NCBI GenBank assembly: GCA_051362555.1
Contig: CM120645.1
Span: 18,166,001 to 18,230,000, forward strand
Length of the DNA stretch: 64,000 bases
Direction: 5' to 3'
DNA from: Lingula anatina
Taxonomy: Eukaryota > Animalia > Brachiopoda
Shown one piece after another: positions 39,840 to 53,314 of the stretch (positions within the stretch are counted from its first letter, which is position 1; every line of letters begins with the position of its first letter). A program made the translations under genes and the position numbers. The notes under the pieces were generated by a model. It was given only the letters and a program-made list of their open reading frames with translations, made no database searches and was not told where the DNA came from.

Positions 39840-42200
39840 CACAAAACAATAATGTACAAAATAGGAGACTACCAATTCTGATGCAATAATACATTATGTT
39901 TAATTGCACAGTCAATATCAAATTTTAATTATGCACAACAGGTAACAACGACGAAAGTAAAAGCATAAGGCTTCACGCCCATCAGAGTTCAAGATTATAC
40001 TTTGAAAGTGCCAGAATGAGGAAAATGAAAATTTCACACAAAATTGCATAAATTTAATAATAAAAGAATTGACCAATTGACCTGGCTTTCTAATCTGAAC
40101 TGCATGCCAATCCTAAAAATCATACTTGTATGTTAAAAATAATAATAAGTAACACAGTTTTCTTTTCATAATGTTTGCAGTAGCAGTGCAAAAAGATTTT
40201 TGTCAATTTTGATGTAACATTACATAATAAATTACAGAATAATTATCACCAATTTTTGATTATTGACTATAAATAGCATGGACATGTAGAAAATTTGATT
40301 ACCATTCGGCTTCATGTCCATGGGAGCTCCGAGTCCACAATGAATATGCCAAAAAGATAATGAATATTTCACTAAAATGTATAACTTCCAGAAAAAGATG
40401 CCAACTAGACTGTTTTTCCAAATCAGGCTGCATTTTAGTCCTGTGTTTCTTTTTTGAAAGTTTGACAGTCATAAGTAACATGGTTTTCCCATAATGGTAA
40501 CCATGGCAGCAACACCGAAAATTGTTTTCTTCTATTTTGATGCAACATTACATAATGTTTAACAGCATAATGACCATCAATTTTTAATAATAAAATATTA
40601 GTATCATGGATATTCAGAAAATGTGACTAGCAAAGGTCTTCAAGCCCGTGGAGGTTCTAAGTCACACCTTGAAAATGCCAATAAGTGAAAATTAAACTTT
40701 CACAAAAAACTGTTTAATTGCCAGAAAAATTTACCAAACAGACTGCATTGCCTACTACTGAAGCTATATTTTAGTCCCATGTTTCTTTCCTGTAAGTTTG
40801 AGAACAGTGAGTGACATGATTTTCCTTAAATGGTCATCATGGGAGCAGTGCCCAAAATAGGGGTTTCTTCAAATTTTGATGCAATATTACATAATGTTTA
40901 ACAGCATAATGACCATCAATTATAAATAATAATAAAGTAGTATCATGGATATTCAGAAAATGTGACTAGCAAAGGTCTTCAGGCCCATGGAACTTCAAAG
41001 TCACGCCTTGAAAATGCCAAAATGTAAACAAGACAGCACTGTTCTGAAATGGGTTTATTTCCATTTTTAACACTTTTTTAACATAAAACAAAATAAACAT
41101 TTTACTGCCACTTTTATATGACCAACTAAAAAAATTGATGAGATGGGAAAAGTATCAATAGAACAGTGTTAAATGTCCAATTTCCACCATTCTGAGATTC
41201 TGAACATAGTGGATGATTGAATCTGACAAACTGCAATGATATGAGTTTATTTCCATTTTTGACACTTTATTACACAATACATGATAACAAGTTTACCATG
41301 TTTTTTACATAATCAACTAACAATGTTGTAAAGATGCAGGAAATATCAAACAAACACTTTTAGGCATCTTATTAGTTAAATAATGAGACTGTTAACATGC
41401 CTAAGAATTGAATCTGAGGAAATGTGAAAAAAACAGTATAACTTCTAAAATAATGGCCCGATTATGCTGATTTTCGAACTCAACCTGCATTTTAGTAAGA
41501 TTGACCACTCCTGTGAGTATAATTATAATTGGCCAATCCATTTTTCTTATATTGTGTTATCAGTGCTGCATTTATATTGAAAATAGTGAAAAAACAGCAT
41601 AAATTCCCTCAAAATAGCCCAATCATGCTGATTTTCGAACTTGACCTGCGTATTATGAATATTCATCAGTTCTGTAAGTTTCAAGTCAAAAGGTAAAATG
41701 GTTTTCCACTTATCGTGTTATCGGTGCTGCATATATGCTGAAAAAAGTGAAAAAACTGCATAAATTCCCTAAAAGTGACCTGATCATGCTGATTTTCGAG
41801 CTTGACCTGCGTATTATGAATATTCATCAGTTCTGCAAGTTTCAAGTCAAAAGGTAAAATGGTTTTCCACTTATCGTGTTATCGGTAAAAGTGCACGGCG
41901 ACGACGACGGCGACGACAGACGCAGATGATGGCTATATGTACAGACACATCTGTGTCTGTACATAAAAAAAGCATAACTTCCCTACAAATAGCCCGATTA
42001 TGCTGATTTTCGAACTTGACCGGCGTATTATGAATATTCATCAGTTCTGTAACTTTCAAGCCAAAAGGTAAAACGGTTTTTCACTTATCATGTTTACGGT
42101 TAAAGTGCACGCCAACGGCGACAGCGACGGCCCCGGCGACAGCGACGACAGACGCAGATGACGGCTATATGTACAGACACATCTGTGTCTGTACATAAAA
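39840..42200 (-). mobile_element. HINE/DINE-1-like element copy (second family) with internal tandem subrepeats and a duplicated terminus
   Basis: Homologous to 53315-55776. Hairpin TGTACAGACAC-ATCT-GTGTCTGTACA at ~41938 and ~42170 beside a (CGA)n microsatellite. Confidence 0.7.
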
Positions 42201-43229
42201 AGATAATCCTATAGAACTGGTTTTCTAATTTGAGCATCACAGGATAACCAAGACTGCAAGCAGCATGGCAGGACAACCGAGACTGCCAAAATATGGCAAG
42301 ACAAGTGTGACTGCCAGCATCATGGCAGGACAACTGAAACTTCCAGAACATAGCGGGACAACCGAGACTGCTAGCTGGATGGCTTCAATGGCAGCCATTG
42401 TAATCCTTTCAGAATGGGAGTTATATGATGTGCACTATTGCACTTTATTTGACAAACCAGTTTTGCAGCCGAGTTTTGAATAACTTGTAATTAATTTTTT
42501 TAATCTGACAGTCACATGTACCAAAGAGGAGACTTGCAGTAATCTTATCTTGATGATTTTTTAAAAATGTATTTACTAATTTTTCAGTGGTTCTGTTATA
42601 TAACACTTTTCTTACTTTTCCAATGTGCATAAGATGCTGATTTACACACTTCAGATACATGCTTCCCCACACAGTGCCATTTTCATTGAGGGTAACTACC
42701 AGATCTTTTACAGAACTAGATGGTTTTATAAGAACATCTATGCATCTATGTTGGCATTTGCTGCATTTTTCCTATTTGCTTTGAACCTTGATGTAAACTA
42801 CCCTCTACTAGGGCTGGGCAACAGATTGATTTTCCACAGATATTCAGATACGTCTCTAGATAAGTAGACGATCATTTTGGTCTGATGTCACCCTGTACTG
42901 AAATCTCAAGGATGATTACATGGCTTGTAAATGTTTGCATAACTACTCAGGCACGGTCACTTATCAAGTCCTTGCAAAGTCCCCTTGACAGTAATCAAGA
43001 TAGTGAATTGCTCATCTGTGACAATAAAACAGCCCTTTAACAGACAGACAAGACAAGGCAGGTTGCATAACAAGTGTTAATCATATTGGCGCAAAGCCCA
43101 GCTCTCATTGAGGTCCTGCAGAGCAAGTACAAAGCCTTCTGCCTGCGTGCAGAATTAGTTTCCTCCTAGCCAAACATAACAGGGTCGCCTCAGCAAATAT
43201 GTCCACAATAATAACTGCGGCACTGGGCG

Positions 43230-43440
43230 AGGGTAGATGTAAACCATATCAACTCGACCTTAGTATCATTTAAAGCCAACATGTTCACTTTCATCCATTA
43301 CTCGAAAACTCTGCAAGACAATCCTCCATAGGAGTGATTGTTGCAGACTGGTTGCTCTTGCATGTAACATAAACTTGTATGTCAGCTGCAAAAATGACAG
43401 TGTTCAGACCATGTTAAAGTATGATATTTTCTACAGGTTA
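43230..43440 (-). mobile_element. Old L2/CR1 reverse-transcriptase fragment, partly duplicated at ~46040-46120
   Basis: HGLNTVIFAADIQVYV (degenerate YADD) and MEDCLAE..WMKVNMLALNDTKVELIWFTS. Confidence 0.65.
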
Positions 43441-43489
43441 CATGTATAATAATGAGAATAGGATTGGACTTAACATAGCATCAAGGGAG

Positions 43490-45790
43490 GGCAGCCGAGA
43501 CTAACGGCTTCATAGGAGAACCACAAATACTGCCATCATCATTGCAGGACAGCCAAGACTGCCAGAACATAGCAGGACCATCAAGACTGCCAGAACATGG
43601 CAGGACAACCGAGACTGCCAGAACATGGCAGGACAACCGAGACTGCCAGAACAAGACAGGACCACCAAGACTGCCAGAACATGGCAGGACCACCAAGACT
43701 ACCAGATCATGGCAGGACCATTGAGACTGCCAGCATCATGGCAGGACAACCGAGACTGCCAATGTCATGGCAGGACAACCGAGACTGCCAATGTCATGGC
43801 AGGACAACCGAGACTGCCAATGTCATGGCAGGACAACCGGGACTGCCAATGTCATGGCAGGACAACCGGGACTGCCAATGTCATGGCAGGACAACTGAGA
43901 CTGCCAATGTCATGGCAGGACAACCGGGACTGCCAGTGTCATGGCAGGACAAAAGGGACTGCCAGTGTCATGGCAGGACAACCAAGACTGCCAGTGTCAT
44001 GACAGGACAACCGGGACTGCCAGTGTCATGGCAGGACAACCTGGACTGCCAATGTCATGGCAGGACAACCGGGACTGCCAATGTCATGGCAGGACAACCG
44101 AGACTGCCAGTGTCATGGCAGGACAACCGAGACTGCCAATGTCATGGAAGGACTACCATGACTTCCAATGTCATGGCAGGACAACCAGGACTGCCATCAT
44201 CATGCCAGGATGACCTTAACTGCCAATAACATGGCAGGACAACTGAGGCTGCCAGTATCATGGCAGAACAAACAAGCTTACCAGCATCATGAATGAACAA
44301 CCAATTCTGCCAGCACCTTGACAGGTCAATCAAGTCTATCAAAGCACAGGAAGACAATTGAAACTGCCAGAAAATGGAAAGGCAACCAACACTGCAGCTT
44401 TATGGCAGGACAGCCAGGTCTGCCAAAATGATGGCAGGACGACCGAGACTGCCAGAACATGGCAGGAGAATCGAGACTACCAGAACATGGCAGGACCACG
44501 TAGACTGCCAGTTTCATGGCAGGTCAGCCGAACCTGCCATCAGAATGACAGGACAGCTGAATCTGCGAGAACTCTGGCAGGACAACCAATGTCTGCCAGC
44601 TACATGGCAAGAAAACTGAGACTGCCAGAACATGGCAGGACAACCGAGACTGCCAGAACATGGCAGGACCACGGAGACTGCCAGTTTCATGGCAGGACAG
44701 CGGAACCTGCCATCAGAATGACAGGACAGCTGAATCTGCCAGAACTCTGGCAGGACAACCAATGTCTGCCAGCTACATGGCAAGACAACTGAGACTGCCA
44801 GAACATGGCAGGACAACCGAGACTGCCAGAACATGGCAGGACCACGTAGACTGCCAGTTTCATGGCAGGACAGCCGAACCTGCCATCAGAATGACAGGAT
44901 AGCCGAATCTGCGAGAACGCTGGCAGGACAACCAATGTCTGCCAGCTACATGGCAAGACAACTGAGACTGCCAGAACATGGCAGGACATCCGAGACTGCC
45001 AGAACATGGCAGGACCACATAGACTGCCAGTTTCATGGCAGGTCAGCCGAACCTGCCATCAGAATGACAGGTCAGCCGAATCTGCGAGAACTCTGGCAGG
45101 ACAACCAATGTCTGCCAGCTACATGGCAAGACAACTGAGACTGCCAGAACATGGCAGGACAACCGAGACTACCAGAACATGGCAGGACCACGTAGACTGC
45201 CAGTTTCATGGCAGGACAGCCGAACCTGCCATCAGAATGACAGGACAGCCGAATCTGAGAGAACTCTGGCAGGACAACCAATGTCTGCCAGCTACATGGC
45301 AAGACAACTGAGACTGCCAGAACATGGCAGGACAACCGAGACTGCCAGAACATGGCAGGACCACGTAGACTGCCAGTTTCATGGCAGGACAGCCAAACCT
45401 GCCATCAGAATGACAGGACAGCCGAATCTGCGAGAACTCTGGCAGGACAACCAATGTCTGCCAGCTACATGGCAAGACAACTGAGACTGCCAGAACATGG
45501 CAGGACATCCGAGACTGCCAGAACATGGCAGGACCACATAGACTGCCAGTTTCATGGCAGGACAGCCGAACGTGCCATCAGAATGACAGGACAGTCGAAT
45601 CTGCGAGAACTCTGGCAGGTCAACCAAGTCTGCCAGCATCATGACTGGACTACCGAGACTGCCAACATGTCAGGAAAACTGAGACTGCCAGAACATGGCA
45701 GGATAACGGAGACTGACATCAGAATAGCAGGACAACCCAATCTGCCAGCTACATGGCTGGACAACCAAGTCTGACAGCATCATGGCAGTC
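43490..45790. repeat. Satellite of 28-30-bp palindromic monomers with a 173-bp higher-order repeat
   Basis: Monomer ATGGCAGGACAACCGAGACTGCCAGAAC / ...GCCAATGTC. From ~44430 to ~45640 the period is 173 bp (matching ORF starts at 44660, 44833, 45006, 45179, 45352). Stray monomers at 42240-42380. Confidence 0.95.
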
Positions 45791-48700
45791 TTGATCTGAA
45801 CCCTAGATCTTTCATGGAGCATATATCCTATTTCCTGGAAATTCAGTAGCCGGGAGTCCCTGAAAGTAAAAGAAGAAAATCACATGAGAAAAAAAACTAT
45901 TTCATAAAGCAATATATAAATGCAGATCATAACAACATCATATTTTGGCATTCTTTTACAGAACTAGATGGTTTTATAAGAACATCTCCTATGCAATGTT
46001 GGTATTTGCTGCATTTTTCCTATTTGCCTTGATCATTGATGTAAACCATATCAACTAAGTCATACTATCATTTAAAGCCAACATGTTCACTTTCATCCAT
46101 TCTCGAAAACTCTGCAAGAACATACAGTATGTAGTTCATTACAACATCTTATTTTGGCATTTATATATAAAATTTTATTCAACCTTGAAAAAATATGAAC
46201 ATATTTAATGAAGCACCACATTTTCTTCAGTAGCAATCTTTACAATGCTTGCCAACAAACCAGGTGGCTGTTTATGCCTCCGTAAGAATCACTTTACAGA
46301 TTATTACCAGAAAAAAACTTTTTAGAAAAAAAAACATGGGACTAGCTTTGAATGTTGGAATGGATTAATTAAACATTTGTTAGTATGGGTATGGGATTTT
46401 TGGAAAATCATTGTTTTCCCCAGGTATATACTTTCTTTGCCAAAACATTCAGTTGTTATCCCTTTAACAGTTATTTGTAGGGCATATTGATGATCTAGAT
46501 CTTGCCTTGTTTCATTCCACTAGAGAGGTCAGGTCAACTTTGATAGTAAGATAAATATCAGCCAAAAGGTTCTTATGTGATAGAAAAATTCATGAGCTTT
46601 CCAAAACATTTTATTTTTTGGAAAGCAAGCAAGCCAATCAAAAGTTATTAAATTTAAAAGAATGCTAGTCGCCCACAAAATTTTGAAAAAGTCTGGTATC
46701 CAAGCATATATGTAACAGTGGAAGCCAAAAGTGTCACCTCATTGCCCAATAAATAAAACAAAATTGGCATAACTTTTGAATAGAGTAAAATATCCATTTG
46801 AAATTTTCTGGAAAGTTACAGTATGCCAAGAAAAATCTGACAAGATATTATTTTTTATAATTCATCCATTATTTCCATGGCAACCGTTGCTAAATATCAA
46901 TAGACATCAACACTTTTTTTTTCAACCTTAAGGCAGGGTAGGAAATAAGGACCGGCAGCCCGGGACGGCTCAATTGTCACCCGGGCGGTCTCTTTCCAAA
47001 AGTTGCCAGTCCGTCGGTCTGGCCATTTTCTGGCCTCTAAAATAATTGTATATCAATATGCACGTTCACGCAGATTTGGCTGAAATAAAACGAAAACAAT
47101 GAGGCTAGCCCTTCAAGAAATTGACACTCTCAAAAACGCAAACCGAAAGTACATGGTTATTCAATGTGTTCCCTGCATGCCTAACGCAAGGACCTGTGTT
47201 ATGAAACATCTGATACAAAGTATCAAACGCAGCATTTATATGCTTGTTTCTGAGACAAGTGACGAACGATGTGTGGTCATTCAAATTCACACAATCTCGT
47301 CTAATTACACAGTTTAAGTTTTGCTTCTTCTATAATCTGTAATTATAATTGTATGATGTCTTTCTCATAAAAAATTAATTGAATGACGTCACGACGCACA
47401 TGGATTATACAAGATTGCGCCTAAGTCGCAGTCAGGATTACCCCTGTCGCAGTCTACCCTCTGCAAGTATTTTGTGCGGTTTTAAGTAGGTCACCAGTGA
47501 CTTTGCAATGTCAGAGAGAGCTCCGTCAGTTAAAATCTCTTAAGAGATTTTAACAAAAAACCGTACGTTTAGGAAAAAAACCCTGGATTAACTTTGAATG
47601 CAGGAATGGGGTGGTTGGCCATTGGTAAGTACGGGAAAATTGCCGTTTTTTCCAGGAAAATCCAATTTTTGGCCAAAACGAAGAGTTATTATGACTTTAA
47701 TATACTGCCTACTATCCATATACATTTATTGCACCATAGTGCATTCTATAGAACTGCATTGCTTCCAAAACAGAAAACAATCACACTGGTTTTCCAACAC
47801 AAGCTGCACTTCAGTCTTATGAAACTTTTCAGTAAATTTGAGTATCATAAGTAACATGGTTTTCCCTTAATCGCTATCCTGGCAACAGTGTCCAAAATAG
47901 GGGTTTCTTCAACTTTCGTGCAATATAACATAATACTTAACAGCATAATAACCATCAATTTTTTATTAAAAAAAATAAGAGTATCATGAATATTCAGAAA
48001 ATGTGATATGGGAAGGTCTTCAAGACCATGGAAATTCAGAGTCACACATTCAAAATGCCAAAATGTAAACAAGAGATAACTGTACTGAAATAATTTTCTT
48101 TCCATTTTCAACACCTTTTTACATAAAACAAAATAATCAATTTACTGTCATTTTTAAATGATCAACTAGGAAAATTGTTGACATAGGAAAAATATCAATA
48201 GAACAATTTTAAATGTCCAATTTGCTCCATTTGCAGATTCTTAACTTAGTGAATGATTGAATCTGACAAACTGCAATGATGAGTTCCTTTCCATTTTTGA
48301 TACTTTATTACACAATGCACGATAACAGGTTTACTGTCATTTTTATACAATCACCTAACAATATTGTTAAGAAGCAGAAAATGTCAAAACAACACTTTTA
48401 CATATCTAATTAGTTCCATAATGAGACTGTTAACATGCCTAAGAATTAAATCTGAAGAAAAAAACACTTACATACAAAAAGGCTAATAACTTCATCAAAA
48501 CTTAAAGGGGCTCTTTCCGATATGAGGGAAAATAAAACATATCCCAAACTTTTTCTTATATATGAAGGTCACGATCTAAACCAAAATTCGCCTTTGAGGT
48601 AGACGGCAATCAAAATAATTAATTATTTCACATTCGAGTCTGTATTGAAGAACGTCCTCTCCCCCAAAAAGAGAAGACGACTACCGCAAGGTTTTAGCCA

Positions 48701-48863
48701 ATCAGAGTGCGTTGCCTAAAATAGCACTCGTACACTAGGAGAAATAAATATGGCGCGGTGGAGTTCGAAGTAAGTCGTTTACAGATGCACGTTAGTTAAA
48801 ACTCTCTCCCTTCATTGTTCGTGAACAGGTTTGTGCACTTAAACATTTAAAGAATTCATTTAA

Positions 48864-49492
48864 AGCAATAATAACTCTTCCTTTGAGATTCAAAATTCCG
48901 CATGAAATACATTGTAAACAACGCATGGAAATATATTCTATTGTATTTTACCACTAAAACGGCCGTTATTGTAGTAAAACTAAAATCTGTGCTTGTCAGT
49001 GGGGCTTTCGATGCACTTCTTCCCAGTCATCAAGACATTCGTTGCTAATGACGTAATGGTGTCACGCGGATTCTCGCGTTCATTCGAGACCAAAATAACA
49101 TGGCGCCAAACGCATTAATGCGGACGCAGACGTAAGTTGCGAGTTTTTGTTCAGTGCGTCGGATAACGAAAAGCCCAGAATGGCACACATTGTGGATATA
49201 AATGCATTTTTAACAAAAAGACGAATATATCTCATGAATCTTATATAGTGTTGTTGTTGTCTGCTTTTCCCGCGGTTTTAAGTAGGTCACCAGTGACTTT
49301 GCAATGTCAGAGAGAGCTCCGTCAGTTAAAATCTCTTAAGAGATTTTAACAAAAAACCGTACGTTTAGGAAAAAAACCCTGGATTAACTTTGAATGCAGG
49401 AATGGGGTCGTTGACCATTGGTAAGTACGGGAAAATTGCCTTTTTTTCCAGGAAAATCCAATTTTTGGCCAAAACGAAGAGTTATTATGACT
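48864..49492. mobile_element. 629-bp Kolobok-type MITE nested in the 4.4-kb element
   Basis: TTAA flanks. TIR AGCAATAATAACTCTTC vs AGTCATAATAACTCTTC. Its right ~225 bp is near-identical to 47476-47696. Confidence 0.75.
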
Positions 49493-52119
49493 TTAACTTC
49501 TCGTCGGTTAAAATAGTCCAAAAATCAACGAATGGCTTGGAAATATTTACGACGGAGTGTAGCCTATTATGTCAACAGTGCTTGATGCCGTAATTCTCAA
49601 TGCCGATTCACCGAATGAGTAACGTGTACCAGGAAATGTACCGGTGACATGATTAGAGACAGTGATATTTTTCGGGTCAACTGAACCAGCCCTTTTCGGT
49701 TGGATATTTATGAACGACTGTTACTTTTTTTGTTGTTTGCTATGCTTTCTGAGCCGCAATTTTGACATCGCGATTTGCACGCACAGCGTAGCACGGACTA
49801 CAAATGCGTTCCAGACGATTTTGATACTTACTGGCAGTAGTGGTGAGCATCGTGCAGATGTCAAAATCGTCAATAGGAGTGCCTGAATTTTGTGCTACGC
49901 ACACACGTATCTTATCTTGCTTTTCTAGTCGATCTGTTTTTATACTTTTCAGATCGAGAGTAGGCCTATTGTTGATGAGGCAAGCAGTCAGAGCAGTCCA
50001 GAACTAGAGGGTAAAGAGCTCCCTGAGGTAAAGAGTTTTCTGTTATTTTTAAATAATACAGGCCTTTTAGTTAATCTGGCATATTCCTTAGTTTTGATAG
50101 TAATGTGTAGGACCTACCTTACCCTCACCTATATTCACATGTAATAATCCACACATACAAAAAACTTATAGTTTAGGGATAACAATTGATACGCTTGAGT
50201 GCAGGACAATGATTAATTGAAGTGAAACCCATTTTGAACAGTTCACAACATTATTACTAGCATGCAATTTAATCAGTGCCAATTATTATTATTATTAGTT
50301 TTATTATTATTTTACAGCATACTATCTTGTGATGTTGGCCTCATTAGAAAAAAAGCCCTGTATAAAGGTTTAGTAGAGTTGGCAGTGATACCTAGCACTT
50401 CTAGGTCCAGTAGTACAAGGCTTGGAAGAGGTGTGAGATCAGGAGGATTGACTCAAGAACATGAAAGGAGAATTCAGTAACTCACAGAAGAGGTATAAAA
50501 CTCATTAAATCTTTATTGAAAAGATAAATTCTAAGTTTCTCACAATACACAAACACCATTCATATTCCTTCTTATTTTCAAAGTAAATTTATTCGATAAA
50601 ATTTGGTGGTGTGAAATCCAGTCCTTATGGTCGTTTTAGTGTTCATACATTTTCAAATATTTTATTTTTGAAGTAAGCTATTGTACATATCAAAACAGAA
50701 ATGACAGATATAAAAGTGAATATATTTTTTTCATTATCAGAGCATACATGATGGTGTTTCCAAGAAAATGATGGTGTTGCCAAGGAAAGTGCTGAATACA
50801 TTGTGACAAGTGTGATGGAAATCCTGGCCTTGCACTGGATATAAAGATGCTTTTGCTAGAGAATTTACCAAGCAATGACTCAGCATCAGTGGAGATGGGA
50901 CTGGCCCATCTCCCACTCACTGTAATGTCCCCTACATTTTGACTGCCGTTGAATTTGCTGGATTACTTCACTTTGAAGAAAATCACAGAATAACTATTAC
51001 CACAAGTATCAGTTTACTGACCAAACATTCATAAGACATGTAATATGCAAGTCACTGAGTAGAAGGATTCTTTTTATTCTACTGTAACTTGTGCAACCAT
51101 TCAGTGAACATAAAAAATAAAGGCATAGAAAAACAAGGTGCTTTCATTTATCCCTTTCTCATATCAAAAGTAAAATGCAACTCTGTACACAATCTGTTCA
51201 TAAAATCAATCATTTTAAAAGTTAATGTCATACAAGGAAATAATGTATGTCTGGATGGATTTATAAAAGAAAAGTTTATGTGAGGTAATCATCATTTTGA
51301 TAAAAAAAATTCTTATATACATATAAAGACCACGGTGCCTTGAGTCTCTTGGTTCCATCTGCACCATGGCTGCTTAGAAATGTGTACTTGTAATTCCCAT
51401 GTCAAATTCCTGGTTTGTAAGACTGGAATGTACCTTTATTTGTGCTAATTGTTTATGTAACAGCTTGAGGTCTTTCTGTCATCCATGATTTTGAGTGCTT
51501 GCTTTGCTGCTTAGTATACCTAAAAACAAAACATTGACTATTGGAAAGACTTCAATGCATTTTTTTGTGAAATTAATAGCACCCACTATCTGTAATGTCT
51601 ACGCCAGACATAAGAGCACTGAATAGAGCATGGTTATCAAAATTATTTGTTTCAAAATCCAATTTATTATATAATGTTCCCCACAATAAGTACTGATATC
51701 CTGTGCTTGTCACAATTCTAGGACTAGCTGCCATGGCAGTGTTAAACTTTATAATAAAATGGCATTGTTCCAAGTACTAACATGCATTAGATTGATATTG
51801 ATGGCAAGGTGTACTGAACATGGTAAAATAAACAGCTATTGTGTGTTTGGATTCTGGGTGTCAGGTACTTACTTTGGCTCTGGCTCTATGTTGGCCTTGA
51901 ACCTGATGTAGGGGTAGATGTTACCACATGCATATTACCTGGATAAAAAAATATATATACCAGTGTATTATCCTCATTCTCCAGAGAATCCCCATGAAGT
52001 CAACTTTAAAAACGTAAACAGAGAATAAACATTTACTACCATCAGATGCTGCAATTAATGTGCTCGCTTTAAATCTTTTAATTAAAATTAAATTCGAATA
52101 AGATAAATAGTGAAAGGTT

Positions 52120-52150
<31 letters not shown>

Positions 52151-52170
52151 TTTTGGACTTGAGGATATAA

Positions 52171-52343
52171 CAGGGGCGGATCCAGAGATATTTAATATTT
52201 TCTGACAGTCTTCCGAGTAATGTTGATCCATCCTCCATTTTTGACCGCCTTTCGACAGAAATATTACATATACCCGCCAATGAAAACTTGAAAATCTAAC
52301 CGTCTTCCGGAAGAACCAGAAGACGCCCTAAATCCGCCTCCTG
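52171..52343. mobile_element. hAT-like MITE
   Basis: Termini CAGGGGCGGAT / ATCCGCCTCCTG; TSD not evident. Confidence 0.55.
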
Positions 52344-52395
52344 AATATGTTCTCAATGAAAGATTCGGACGTGATAAGAGATCGAAATAACCTAC

Positions 52396-52587
52396 CCGTA
52401 TCCGGCAGAATTTTGTCAGGTTCTCGCTTGTCAGTTTTATTTCCTACTTCTGCTTTGTCTATCTCACCGGCCTGCCAATGAAAATAACATCCTCTGCTTC
52501 TGCATTTCCCGTTTTATTTCCTTTTTCATTGTCCCGTAGAGTTATTCTTCTCTCTTTCAACTCACGTGTACTCGGACTACCCTCCAT
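52396..52587 (-). pseudogene. Putative first exon of a transposon-borne gene
   Basis: CAAGATGG start context giving MEGSPSTRELKERRITLRDNEKGNK..., one frameshift, then donor CGG|GTAGGT. Upstream ATGCAAAT and TCCCAGAAT promoter-like motifs. Confidence 0.35.
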
Positions 52588-53314
52588 CTTGGTTTGCAGC
52601 GACATCCGGGTCTTCTCCAGAGCATAGTAAACAGTAGTATTCAGTCATATGCAAATTGAGGCAAGTCCCAGAATTCCATGCGTAGGGGAGTAATGGCGAG
52701 AAGTTTAGACGAAAAAAAAATGCTGCGCTTTTTTTTCTTTAAGTGATCTTAAAAACCTATACCTCGACCTTTATTTTCTCAACGGTTTTGTGTGAGACAT
52801 GCTTTGGGGTTCAGGATCAAATAGGCAAAGTTTCAGAGAAAGGCCTATTTAAGCGTCTACAGCGGAAAGACATCCTTTAACTGATCAAGCTTTTTTTCAA
52901 ACTTGATCTGTATACTAGTCCAGTCTTATACTAGAGTTGCAAGACAAAAGGCTGATTGGTTTTCCTTAAAATGTGTTATCAGTGTTGCATATATGCTGAA
53001 TAAGGAAAAAAGACAGCGTAACTGTTGTAAAAATAGTCCAATCAAGCCAATTTTCGAACTTGACCTGCGTATTATGAATATTCATCAGTTTCAATCCAAA
53101 AGGAAAAACATTTTTACACTTATCTTGTTATTCATGTTATAAAAATGCTGAAAAATTTGAAAAAAAAAATCATAACTTCCCTAAAAATGGCCGGATCATG
53201 CTGAATTTCGAACTTGACCTGCGTATTATGAATATTCATCAGTTCTGTAAGTTTCAAGCCAAAAGGTAAAAGGGTTCTTCACTTATCACGTTATCTGTAT
53301 TGCATATATGTTGA

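Larger units (their letters stand above)
48506..52876. mobile_element. 4.4-kb Kolobok-like DNA transposon carrying degenerate intron-containing gene remnants
   Basis: TTAA TSD. TIR AGGGGCTCTTTCCG vs AGGATGTCTTTCCG. Removing it restores the host subrepeat (ATAACTTC..AAAACTTAACTGATCAAGCT..CAAACTTGATCTG). Confidence 0.7.
47720..53314 (-). mobile_element. HINE-family copy interrupted by the 4.4-kb TTAA element
   Basis: 47820-48460 aligns by eye with 40810-41430 and 54620-55235. The subrepeat resumes directly after 52880. Confidence 0.6.

Noticed and set aside
43481-45774. Many MAGQPRLP/WQDNRDCQ ORFs as a repetitive protein, or palindromic repeats as CRISPR
   Set aside because: Periods of 28, 29 and 173 bp are not multiples of 3, the same peptides rotate through all frames, and there are no spacers.
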